Positions 49,301 to 61,695 of a DNA stretch of 64,000 nt are shown here, piece after piece; positions within the stretch are counted from its first letter, which is position 1, and each line of letters begins with the position of its first letter. The notes under the pieces were generated by a model. That model made no database searches and was not told the origin of the DNA. It was given only the letters and a program-made list of their open reading frames with translations. The translations under genes were made by a program, and so were the position numbers. The stretch comes from Raillietiella orientalis (taxonomy: Eukaryota), in contig JAYWIR010000022.1 of the NCBI GenBank assembly GCA_036172245.1, positions 1,736,001 to 1,800,000 of the forward strand, in the 5' to 3' direction.

Positions 49301-52300
49301 CGGCCAAACGTTCGTCTCTTGCAAGAACAGTTCCTGTTTTCTCTCATTCCTTGAAGGATACCTCTCTTTGTCTACTGCTTCTTTCAGACTCCGTGAGATG
49401 CCTACCTCACGTGGAAAAAAGTGGCGGCCGCTGTTGTCATGGTCTGCTTGCGACGGAGCTAAGAACATGCACTGCTGCCATCGATTTCAGAATAACATTG
49501 CAGTAATGGTCGTATGTGGTTTACGAAGGAAAAAAAAAAACAATTCCAGGACATCTAGACTCCAGCCAGACGGAAAGAGGAGATGCCAAGCAGCTTAGGT
49601 ACCCAGACTTCCGACAGCTCAGTTTTGTTGCTGGAACATACACAGAAAGAAACACATGGTTCCACCACTGCAGTGGCAAGGATGAACCTTTTTCACAGCT
49701 AAACAGCGAAAGATTTCCAAGATTCCTCAGGTCGAGAATAGGCATCAGACGGAGAATGTGAGGTAGGCTCCCTTTTTGCGTCGAGATCCAGTTCACATGG
49801 AACAGTCAGTCAAGTGCACTCTGGTACCAAGAAAAACATGCTGCACGAGGATTCTGCAGCGACCCCAACCTCGTCCACTAACGCGTTGGCAGCTCACTCG
49901 AACTCACGTAGCAAAGAGTAAGGAAAACCTGGAGACCTTCCATTCCACGCACTGGAAATGGACGCCCACGCATTAAGGGAAGTTTTGAGGTGTCTGAGAC
50001 ATATTTCAGTGGAGTGGGAATAAACTTGTCTTGTTTATGCAGCCAGGACGCCGCCTGTCTGCATCTCCTGATTGGCGATTTCATGTGCGCAAGACACGTT
50101 GAGAGCTCCTCGCCGTCCCTTTTAGTCTCAGATGTGGAAGCGATTGAGAAACTTCTGGATGGAGAAGCAAAAAAAGGCATAGAATGGCACTTGATATTCG
50201 GTAGGAACGATAGCCCCAAACATAATTTTGGGACGGGAGCGATCCAAAATTTGGCTTCTTTCCTGACAGCGATTTCTAGGAGAAGCGCTGCTTGGGCGGT
50301 CGAGAGCAATGGAGAACATGTGTTAATGAATGCAGGCAGAAGATCTGAATTCTGAAGATCCTATAAAGAATGCGTACATGACTGTTCTTTCATCATGCAT
50401 CTGGAGAATGCTGGTGCTCAGCATGAAAATGACGTCTGTGATTTGTTTACACTGGAAGCGAAGCGAAAGGTGGAGGAAAAAAACGTATCGAGAATGCTGG
50501 ATGCCTGAAGGAAGAATTTGGATCGCTAGTCTCCGTCTTCATGCTAGGGCACTGTCCTTCTTAACAAGAACAAAGCTGCAAATTCGGAGCCAATTTTTTC
50601 TTTTTTTTTCGCGTTCTTTGCTGCACGCTTCAGGCGCACTGTTTCTTCAGGTGGAATTTCAGCGCGGTTCCAACCTCGTCTTACTCCATCTTCTCTTTGC
50701 ATTTCGTAGCGATAGGAGTTTCCTTCTCTGTTCGCCAAGACAAAGGTCCTTTAGACACTATTTGCTTTGGTTTCGCTCTTGGAGGCTGCCTCAGGTAAAG
50801 TCCCAACGTGCAGCCTTTTGCCCCTGCGGAGACTTCCACTTTGAGAACACCTCCGCAAAGAGCTGCAAAAAAGAATATCTATGGAATATTCGTAAACAGT
50901 CCCACATTTGGGTGCTTTAAACCTCGAGCCCGACGAGTGATTTTTCCCATTGCAGTCCGTTCTTGGAAGTTCCGAGAGCGATCTAAGAAAGGACTACTCG
51001 GTATGCGTTTCCCCACAAAATCCATTTGCTGTCATCCTCTTGGATTTTTTCGCCAGCGTATTTGACGGGAATTGCAACAACCATGATGGCAACTCCTTTC
51101 TGTATCTCCAGCTTATAAATCTCCGAGCATTCGTGAAGTGATCCGTAACCTTCCCATCTTTCACAACAGCGACAGCAGAATTTAGAAAAAATAGGGGCTG
51201 TTGATGTCCTGAGCTTATAAATGCCCGCTCTGCAGATCTCATTACTCCACTATCCAAACAGCCCTTTATTTTGAAATTTTCCCTTTGCATCCGGAAGCAG
51301 TGAATGGTTTTTCGCAAGATGAAGCTTTCGTTTATCTGAAAGCATTGACTTGAGTTTCGTTTCTTCTTCGATCTTCGCACTACCGCTCTTGAAAACGGGC
51401 ATTTCCCTCCTTCGACTTCACTTTCTGGTTTCAGTCGCAGCATCATGCAGCAGATAAAGGCAAGGGTACCACTTGGAAATCGATGTCCATTGCTTAAACC
51501 GTTCCAGGGACAGTTGACCGTTTCAGGGATGGATGACATTTTCGGGTCAAAGCTTGGTGGGTTTGGGTTTGGTGCACGAAGGCTTCCACTCAGGATACCA
51601 GGGCAACGCTGGAAAGAGTCCACCGTTTCTTCCGTTGAGGAACTCGAATCAGTTCATGAGAATTATACAATAAAGTGATTTCAGTGGTGTTTTCTGATGC
51701 AAGCATGCAGATCAAAATGAGGAACAGAGCTATCATTGATCATGTTCTTCAGCATAACTGTCACGTGAAATGACCACTGCCACCCCTTTTGCCAATCCAG
51801 TTGTCGGTTGACAGTGATCTCAACAGCTTACTTTAGATTGAAAAGGCAAAGTCCCAAAGTGCGAACTGAGCAGCCAGATTTGTGGATGCGAAAAAAAGAT
51901 ATCTGAAGCCATAGCCGAGATATGAAACCTTTCGCAACTGAGGAAACATGCGTTCCGCAGAGAGCAGTGGTAACCTCCGCTGCTTCTTAAACAGTGCAGC
52001 GGTAAAGAGAGCAGCATCGCAGAAATCGTACTACAAAGATCGCGTTTATCAGCAGCCCAGGGAAATCAGGTGGTAGTCGTTTTGAGGTTTTGTTTCTTTC
52101 TTTCTTTGCTTCAAGTCTTTTTCTTCTGCACGCAGAACTCACGGCGTCCCCTTTCTATTTGTGTGAACTGCTTCTCCTCTTTTTTTCCTTTTTCATGTCT
52201 ACTTGCGATCTTAGTGTGCAAAGGGAGAGAAAATTTGCAACGTTGTTCTCGGTCTTCCAGTACTCCAAAGTAGCGAACCAGCTGGACGGCTGATTCTACT

Positions 52301-54848
52301 ACCATGAGGGCATGGACACACCAACAGCAACTTTGCCCTTTCGTTGACGTGGATCAAATTTCCTTTCTTCCTCATTCCCAAGCATTCCAAGGACGCTTTA
52401 GGAACCATTTCCGTGTGGCTGTCTGCAGTCTTAGGAAGACTTCCCAAAGGCGCGGAGGTAGCTGTGCACGGAAGCACTCCCGAAGAGGATCTGCTTCAAA
52501 GTTAAAGTGGGCTGAAGAGTGCTTTTCTGAGTTATTTGCATCCAACCACAGACTTAGTTGTACTCAGAGAAGCAAAGAATCGCATCTGAGCTTCGTTAAT
52601 TTCAGGTGGAATGGACTCTCATACTCTGGGACTACGCACTCATTTTGCCTTCAGGATTGTATCTGGTAAAACACACGTATCTGAATGTTTCTAAACGGAC
52701 CTTCTATCGCATATCCATTTGAAAGATTGCTTTTCGGGTTATAGCGCTGGTAAGTTCGTCTGATTCGTTTCAGGAATTGCATGAAGTTCTTCAATCCGGG
52801 TGCCAGGCAATGAGGAGGAGGAAGCCTTCACTTCTGTTGAGGAAGTGAGGTCAATTCTCACGAGGTCATGTTTCCTCTCGTCAGCTTACTTCTCCCTTCA
52901 TGCGATGTGACTTTCCTGAATTCGAAAATGCTTTACACAAAAGACTCCGAGTGAAGAACAAGACAAGGATATAAAGGTCAAATGACCGAATACTTACCCG
53001 CATTTGAATTACTGAACAGCTGGATCGAAATTTGACCACATACCATCGCAAGAGGTCCGGTTCGCAGCATGCGTGGGGCTATGCATTCTGATGAAAAAAA
53101 CTTCTTTTAGTATGAAGATTTTCCTGCTTCTGTGTAGCATAATGCGGAAGACCGTTAATGACAAAGGAGCTTAGCATCCCCTTCGTTGATCTGCTGCTGC
53201 AGACACAACGGCTGGCAAATCATCTCAGATTCTGAGCTTGAAATTCCTCCTAGCTAAAGCTGCTGGATTGGCAATTCAGCACCGAGGGATGGCTTTAGCG
53301 CTTTACTCTCTTTTCCTTTTTTTAAATTTTAGCTGGTTCCCTCTATTTCCTTTTTCTTAAGTGTGTGTTTTCTTCCCATACGTGCCACTAGCCTCCATTT
53401 GTTGTCGAATGTGCTGCTCCTGAAATCCTAGATGAACGGAATTCGAAGGACAAAACAGGAGGCAAGGCGAGAAACGGAAGTCTCTTCAACTTCAGCGTGT
53501 ATCTGTGGTGGAAAAGTAATCCTCCTTCAGCTGCCTGGCAATTCAAACCAGAGATAACCTCCTGCTTGTTAGGAAATCTGGGGTGAGGAGGGTAGGTTTC
53601 AGAGGATGCTAGAGAATCAGGGGCAGAGATGAGCTGATAAGTCGTTTCATCATTCCACCTCTTCTCGAGGTTCGCCTCATGAATGACAGGAACGGATTTT
53701 CAGCGATATGCGCCAGCTGATGACAATCTGGATTCCGCGGCCGTTCGTCGGCACAAACAGAGCTCTTTCCCGAACGACGTCCTTCAGGTGCCAGTTAGAC
53801 GAGACTCCTCCATTTGATGTTTTGAGCATCACGAGACGGAGTGAGATCATGCCGTGCAAAGCGCAATTCCGTGGGACCGAGAAAACATCTCCGTTCGGAA
53901 TCCTTGGTTCTTTTCTCTCCCGCTTCTTTGACCATCGGATAGTCTTTCTCATTTTACAAGGGAAGAGATCATCTGCTGCTTCCCACTGATTTTCGATCTT
54001 CTCCTCCAGATAATTCCTTTTCTTCAGGTTTTTCACTGACAAACTTTTTCTCTCTGGGAAAGACAGAGGCGAGTGAGGAGGCAATGTATCCTTCATTAAC
54101 TGCTGATGCATCTCTGCGTGTTTCCTGTAAAAAAGCTCTTAGGACTGCTACAGGAGTCTGATTTTCGGGGAGTCCAGTTAATCCAATCACATGAGGCATT
54201 CCTGGGTTTCCAGTTGCGCTCCTGCCATCCACACAGAGAGAACTGATTAAAAGTGTTGTTTGTCAGCTCGAGGTTCACGGAGGAAAATTTATCCAGCCCC
54301 GTTGCATCTCCAAGAGCTGAAGAGAGACCAGATCGCGCAACCGTTAAAACCCATGAACAGTGGAGATGCCGAATGAGTGAGATCTTCGGATTGTTTCCCT
54401 ATGGCTAATCAGATTCCGCTTCTGTGTTCTTGGTTATTTTCATTAAAAGCATGTTCCTTCCGGCATGATGATTACAGTAGTTCTCTCTTTGGGCTCTCTC
54501 TCTGAAGCTTGAATTGCTCTTTGCTGCTCGGCTGTGCTCATGTTTCCGGGTAACGTAGGAACGATTCGAAAAATTTTCTGCCTGTGAATTCGCTGTAGCT
54601 GCACTGCCACCAATGAGGCAGAGTTCTCATCTTTGTCTCTCAAGAAAACAGCAGAGCATTCCACACTCTGAAAGTATAAAAACTGGAGCAGCTGATTCTC
54701 AACGGATCCTTCTCAATTGCGGCAACAGTGATAAACGCTCATCCTTCAGCTTACATATCTTACGAAAAAATAGAAAAGCGTTTCTTTGTCAGCCCTGCTT
54801 TTTCAGCACGTGCCACACCATGAATTGAATAACTGCCACTCGAAATTT

Positions 54849-57500
54849 TCAGTGGCTATAAATATCTTTCTTCGCAAGTAGAAAAAGGAAAGACGAAGAA
54901 AGAAAAGAGCATCCTAGCAAGCTTTTCGACAAAGACAACACTTCGGATCCATCTGTTTCTTCCTGGATGTCTTTTCGACGCACCAGAGCGGTTTCATCCA
55001 ATGCTTCGAGGAGTCCACCCTCCCAATTCTTCACCATTCAAGTACAGAACTTGGTGGAAGTTGAAACCTTGTCCCGAGCTCTAAAACTCAACTAACTGGA
55101 CCATCTGTATCAGAGAGCATGGCATGCCTTTCAGCGGGTGCTCCTCTTTCTTTTCCATGGCAGGTGCGTTTCTTGAGATGTTATTCGATCATTTTTCCTC
55201 GGATGCATGACTTGATGATGTCACTGAGCTCCTCCATCTTTGCTGTACAACAGAATTAAAGGCTTCAGAGCAGGAATGAATATGCAGAAGGACATTGCTT
55301 AAGGACAACTGTCCATTCTGAAGAAACAGGGAAATCTAGCAGCAGAAGTTAACCCAGGTCTTCTCCAGTCAGGTTACCGAGCGCGATCATTTGCTCTAAT
55401 GGATCGAAGTTTTTTTTATGAAACGTATCTTCTTTCCTCTCAGAATGCGAGTCCAAAGTGGTCAAGTTAATCCCTGGGAAAGCAATGAGTACTTGAAATT
55501 ACGAAACCTGCACTTTGCAAGTACACATTTGGAAGGCAGAGGGGGACCAAAACAAAATCAAGTCGGCCGTGCTCACAGAATGTACGTAGGGGCAGCCTGC
55601 AGGTGGCAAAGCGAAAATTTATAACGACTCCGTTGCGAATGGCTGTACATTCCACACTGGGGGAGGTATACGAGAAGAGGGATTCAAATGCTTCGGAAAA
55701 GCCATGTTGGCAATCCGGAAACTCGAAGCCGGAAGCACTAAGAGAAGAACGCAGGGAGTCGAGAATTCTAATCATAGCAGCACTACCTGTCTTCACCTAA
55801 ACTCTTCCACAGTCTATACGGCAATGAGTGACTTCCACTGTTTGCTGCCGAAATCTGGGTAGCTACGAAGATGGATAGGAAAGGCAAAACTGCTCAACTA
55901 AATGCTTCTGAGATTCCGGAGGAATAATGACGGACGTAAAGGTCTTTCCCCACCGGTTTCCTGAGGCAAAAAAACTCGAAGACAAAGAAAAAAAAAGGTT
56001 TTAAAGTGAGTTCAGTTAATTAGAAAGGAGGCAAGCAAAAAATTTCGAAAATTCTGTTGATGAAGAGATTAGAGGAAAAAAAAAGTCATGTGGAAAGCAA
56101 AAGAATAGAAAAGACCTCTTTTGCCCGCCAAGAATTTCTTTTGTAAAAGACTCCCTTCTCGAAGGCACCTTAACACCCAGTTTCGCTGGTGTTTCTGATG
56201 AGTTTTTCTTCACCTGCTTCCCTAAGAAAGAAGAAAGCTGGTTTAGCCGATTTCGTAAGACCTCACTTCCCCGTCCATAGAAGAACACGCAGTCTGAGGT
56301 ATTGACCCATCCAAGAATTCTTCCCGAACGCAAAGGAAAACCGTTCCAAAGCGAAATCACACTCCGAAATGCCAGTCGATGTCGAATCGCTGTTCCTTCA
56401 TCCCAGGAGCATAAAGGAGAGGAATAAAGGATACTTCTGGTTTCCAATGCCTGCTTCCTGGGCTGTCGGAAACTGTAGGTTGCCAGTTCCTCTACCCAAC
56501 AGCAAGAGAGGCAATAGGAGGAAGAGGATGATGAGAAAGTTATTATGCGCGGCCATGCTTTTGCAGATTTTCGGGTCTCAACACCAGACTTTGGCGGGCT
56601 GTAACATCACTACCAGAGAGGAGCAACGTAATCGGATTAAAAACTGCCGCTTTCCTTGCCTCTTCACCATCGAAAAGCCGATCAGGAGTTTTCGATTTCC
56701 ATAAACGAGAAGAGATCTCTGGAGACAAAGAAGGCTGTTGGGGAAAATCACTTTCAAGATTCAAACTTTGTGTAGAAAGGAAGCGTTCTGATGCAACCGC
56801 GAATTATGTCGACCCAGTTTCCATGCAACCCATCGAGCCGACAAGAAGCCTCTTTCGACAGCACTGGAATTCGATCTTTGGGGAATTCAATTATCATTCC
56901 TGGCAACCGAGAGCAGTGGGATCGTAATTATGTGAGAATAGTAAGATATATTTAGGAAAAGAAAAGTGATACAGAACCATCATCACTGGACGCCATAAAT
57001 CATGTGAAACTAATTTTGCTGCTTATCTTCGGGTTCGGCGGTGATTTTTAGGAACGGCATAGGTAATACCAAACGGAACCAAACGGTTGGGATTCACTGA
57101 CCAATTATACGTGGACTGGTGGACAAAGCGGGCAGACAGCTTAGAAAACCTCATACTGATGGAGATCTTGATTTACAACTGTTGGTTTTTGAAGGAACAG
57201 CTGTCAGCTAGCCTACGATCCACAATGTAAGTCGTGAGAGAAGAAAAGCACATCGTGAACTATGAAATCAGTGCTCCTCATAAGGATGTGCTGTAGAGGA
57301 CAAAAGCTCTTAGGTCTGAAAATGACCCAGTTGATGTACCACGAAGTCTGCTTAGAATACACGAGCTGTAGGTCGAGTGCTCCCGATGCATCATGCATCA
57401 TTATTTGAAACTGTAACATTTCCATATTATATTCGGTTTGTGGAGTCTTATCTTCCAAGGGCAAAGACAAATGGAAATCCACTTCCACTACAACAGCTGC
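54849..57500 (-). pseudogene. Possible decayed ionotropic receptor (IR / iGluR-like)
   Basis: Motifs in order: I..DAS.ALDL..VY....W and TDF.V.DV (S1-like, ~57250-57410); GITYAVPK...DLW (~56990-57070); RLLVGS (~56840); FQLPPSS..EGGLL and VLSL...LLG...FLFLL (S2 end and last TM, 54870-55065). Many stops. Confidence 0.38.
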
Positions 57501-59489
57501 TTGGTCCAATTCTAATTACGCTTCTTCACACACTCACCCTGTAGAAATGGCTCTGCGCACATTTAAGGAGAGGCATCAATTGCTGATTCTTCAAAGTAGC
57601 CTAAAAAAGTCGCTTCGTTTCTTCCTAACCTAAAAAAGTCTCTTCATCCAAAGGATCTTCAAATGAACTCAGTGTCCGCATGTTCTCATCCTTGTAACAG
57701 GCTATGACTTCATCCCCCGTTAGAGTTACATTCTTTTTGCGAGAATGTGATCCGAGACAGAAGCCATCCGACTGTCTTGAGCACACATTCCTGAGTCGCC
57801 TCGGTAACGCAAGCGCCCGAGCACTTGTGTCTCCACCTGCTACATACGAAAAGACAATTCGAGGAGTTTACCCATCATTCGGATGAATTCCTCACGATTC
57901 TTATTCATGAGATGGAAATAGCTTAAAGTTCTTGAAAGTCGTCCTCACTGCTCCTTCATACGCAGTCTTTTCCTACTCAAAAGCATCGTCCAGTGAGGGC
58001 ATCATCGCCATCATCATTGCTGTCCTCGAAAAGGCCACTTGATCTGAGAGCAGCTAAGCGAACACAGACAGGCAGCTCAGCCGCACGGTGATCTATGAAA
58101 GACTCGTAATCTGACCTCTCTTTGAATGAAAGATACACGCGTGACTTCTGGAAAGTATTAGCAAGCTTTCTTTGCTTCAGCAGATCATTGGAACCTCCAA
58201 TGTACCTGTCGTAACTTTTTTCTAAAAGAGCAAACCAAAAGGAAAAAATGATGTTTTTTATTTTTGTTTAAAAAAAGTGTGTACTTGGGTGCAGGCGTTT
58301 CCCCCCACACAAACCGTTGATGGTTCGAGGCAAGATGGCATCATATTGCCACATGGTTCAGTTTCTTTGATTCAACACGAGTCTTTGGAGGAATCTGCGA
58401 TCAGCAGGGGTGTATCTGATAATAGTGTGATGCGAATGCTTGTTCGCTTCAGTGGTAATCGAGGACTCCAGGAAAGCAACAGCGGGGGAGTGGAAAGTTT
58501 TCTTAAGCTAAGCGCCCCTTGTTCCTCTTCCGCCCACAGAGTCTCTGGTTCTCCGAGTGCACCTTATCGAAAATTTCAGCTGGAAATTTTGCAGCTCTCG
58601 AAATGCTTCCTTGTCTGAGTGGTTCGATCTCTCCACTCGGATAAACGACGCAGATCTGTGCCAGTTGCGAAATTCAAATCGCCGCCACGTTGACTTACGT
58701 CATTCTGATCAAAATTCAAGTCTTTTCTCTCGATGGTCCCTCATGCGCCGTACCTCAGAGGTTAACGTTGGGGAACTTTCCCCGTAAAAATTCTCATCCG
58801 TCTGTGGCCAGGATTCGTTGCACGGGGAAATCGGCATGGTGAAAAGGGGCAGTGAACGGACAGAGACAGCAGTCAAAGACTCAAACCCACCATGTTAACA
58901 CGGAGACAAAAACAAGATCCATGCAGAGAACCAGGGACTGAGCTCTGGACTGAGTGCAAGGGAAGAAGGATAATCCGAGGATGGTAGACGGGAGATGTGC
59001 CTGCTCTTTCCGAAGACAAAGTGAAGCGCTTTTCCGCGCCTGCGCATCCTTCTTTTCTTTTTTTCTCTCTTTTTTCTTCCAATCTGCTGCACTGGTCTCT
59101 CAAAGGTGAGTTATTTTTGGAGACAGACTCTCCGACACTGGCAACTGCGATGAAGAAAGTCATGAATTGTTCTCGGGCCGATCTCTCGCATGCGGTATTG
59201 CACGGGGTCAAAGGACTTTTCTTCCGAGTACCTACCCAAGAGTTATTCTGATTTGCAGCACGACGGAAGAAAGGAAGGAGGAGGAAAAGATGAAGCAAAT
59301 CCAGATCAAAGCTTACTCGGGGATGGGATTTGAACCCTCCTCCGCCTTCCCCGGAGACATGCTCACCGATTTCGGAACGGAAGGGAAAAAGCAACCGATC
59401 ATCATTGCCAATAAGTTTGCGGCCTACCCAAAACATGGACACCCCTATGAAATCGGGAACTGCTGAAACGAGGCTCTGTGGTTCAAATG

Positions 59490-61660
59490 ATGGTCGGACG
59501 CGTGTCTTCCCTTTGCAAGGATGCAGCTGCTCGATCAGAACTTCTCGTTCCTCCCACGGAGAAGGTGCGTTCGGAGGGATGTGGGGTGGAAGCGTAGAAA
59601 ATACCTGATCAGCATCCTGAACCACCCCCAAGATATGGCTGGACTTTCCAAAAATCGCTAGCCGCCATCATGAACGAACATGACCAGCTGGATGATGAAC
59701 CAAGCTGCTTGCCGAAACGGTTAGTCCCGGGGACGCAGGAACATGAAGCAATCGACAAGAAAAAAGAATGAGGCACCAGGGAAACAGTTTAGGGAGAGGC
59801 GAACCCGGATGAATGTGCCATCCCTTTCCGAAAGGGAGCTTGTGAAGGTAAGTACGACCTGCTTTTTTTTCCGATTCGAAAACCTGAAAAGCTTCTGGAC
59901 GCGGAAGGACAGAGCCCGAGGAAGAATGAATAAGATCTCTGAGGGTAAGACTAGAGGCGAGAGGAAGGGAATTTGCGTTATCTTGGAGCGGTCCTGTGAG
60001 CAGTGTACTGGGAACAGGAAGGCAACGCAGAAGAAAGACAAAAATCAGGCCGAAGACAAGGAGGAAGATGGCACGAAATTCTATGCCGAACACTTGGCCA
60101 CTAACGGCGGGAGAGGAAAGACTCGAGAGACTGCGGAAGGCATCGCAGCTTCCTTCAGGACCTTCATCCTTTTGTTTCAGAGCAGGCAGATTCAACACGT
60201 CACACTGAAGTTGGCTGGCTAGCTGTGACGATTTTTCGGGAACTTTTTCAAAGGATACAAGATTTAATGAACACGGTAAGGATTTCTTGGCTGTGTGAGA
60301 GACAGAAGCATGAAGAAGGCTCAAGAGGAACCTCTCAAGCCTTCCTGGAGCCTCTCCTCCAGAGGAACAGTCTACAAAGAGGAAAGTGAACCTTAGTCCG
60401 AGCCTATGATAATTCTGCGCCACCCATTCTGCACCGTGCTTCAAGGAAGAGCACTTCAAGACACGGCGGAAATTTCGAAGGAGCCTGCTATCCCGCAGGG
60501 TGAAACGTGATCACGAGTACAAAGAGGGTCTCGAGATGTTTCCGAACAGCGACGGGGATGAAGGGGAAAAGCGAACCCATCAACACGCGGGATCGGAAGA
60601 TGCCGAAACCCGCGCGCGAAAGCAAGAGCCTCACGCCCACGAGATGCATGCGCATCCATTTCCTCGATAGCACTCGTGATTACTCCACGTGTGCTTCCAG
60701 AGGTCTTTTTTTTTTTTTTTTTAAGAGTTTTGCTTTAGGGCTTCGACTGCCTCCTCTTTTCCAAGAAAGAGAGAAGCATCTCCTGGCATTACTCTGACCC
60801 GCTGAGCAAGATGCGAATGCTCACAGGAGTGCTCACGGATCTGGGAAATCTCCAACACTTCTAGGGTTGGTGAATCGAGCAAAGCTGTTGGCAGAGTGGG
60901 GTTGTGGAGCTTTTTTTTTTGTGTGAAGGATTGGCACGTGCCAGTATTTGTTGAAAGACCATCTCGAGTTTGCATCTTTGAAATAAACGCATTCCCGAAC
61001 CTGGAATCTCAGAAGCTTTACCTATTTCTCAGTGTGGAAAGCCTGTCTTTCCTTTCTTTCTTTTTTTCCGCTTCCTCTGAACAATTGGGAAACTTTTCTT
61101 CAGTTTTGATGACCGTTGCGATGGTCACCATTGGATCCGGGCAGCGGGCTGTCTTCTTGAGTGCTGCTGCTCAGCCACACGTGCTGCGGCTGCAACGATA
61201 GCCTTGTCTTTGCAATCGTTGCTTTTCTTATCATCATTGTTCATGGTATATCTGAGTTCGGCATTCAACTTTTCCTTGAAGATGTCAGTTGCCCACGCAG
61301 CATCATTTGAGTTTCTCTCTTAAAGCAATCCGCAGTTTTCCATTTCCTTTCGATACTTGCCGGTTTCCGAAGGGAGTCACTAAGGTCACACCACCCTGCC
61401 CACGCCGCGTGAATGGAGCCATTCTGCTAGCGCTTTCATCAAGCTGACGGAGGCTGAATCTGGTAAGACAATTCGAGAACCTCAAGTCTCATCCAATTGC
61501 AAGTAGTTTTCTTCGTCTTCGGAGAAATCCAGTATCCGATCCTGGAAGGCACCAATCAACCATCAACAATGGAGCTCATGGCCATGGAATACGACCACTT
61601 CCTTTCCTGTCCGTGCATCTTGGCCACCTAGATCTCTTTCCTAAAGATAAGCTTCGCCTC
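59490..61660 (-). mobile_element. Degenerate I-clade-like non-LTR retrotransposon relic
   Basis: WL..F.DR (~61550), GV/fs/QGGVTLVTPF (~61370-61410, cf. GVPQGSVLSVTLF), NDAAWAT (~61300), HRLGLRF...GEAP (~60350-60410) and PSPWEE..V...L...K.T (~59500-59565). Confidence 0.55.
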
Positions 61661-61695
61661 AGGCTGCCATCATATTGTGATCACTGGACTGGATG

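Larger units (their letters stand above)
38790..51615 (+). pseudogene. Decayed RGS12/loco-like gene (PDZ-PTB-RGS-RBD-GoLoco relics) interrupted by several mobile elements
   Basis: PDZ: LRSV (38793), LLLSC, VKALIGKC (LIGKC at 39021-39035). PTB: SSYTSFVDP (~47040-47065). RGS: WSV/fs/SF..RIL (48646-48680), G...FEKFLCS, A.YI..KF (~49250), LDS..TE...KQL (~49555) and FPRFLRS (49714-49734). RBD-like: IEKLL...KKGI.W..IF (~50140-50200). Weak GoLoco-like DDIF...RIPGQR (~51530-51610). Stops and frameshifts lie inside the RGS box. Confidence 0.62.
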
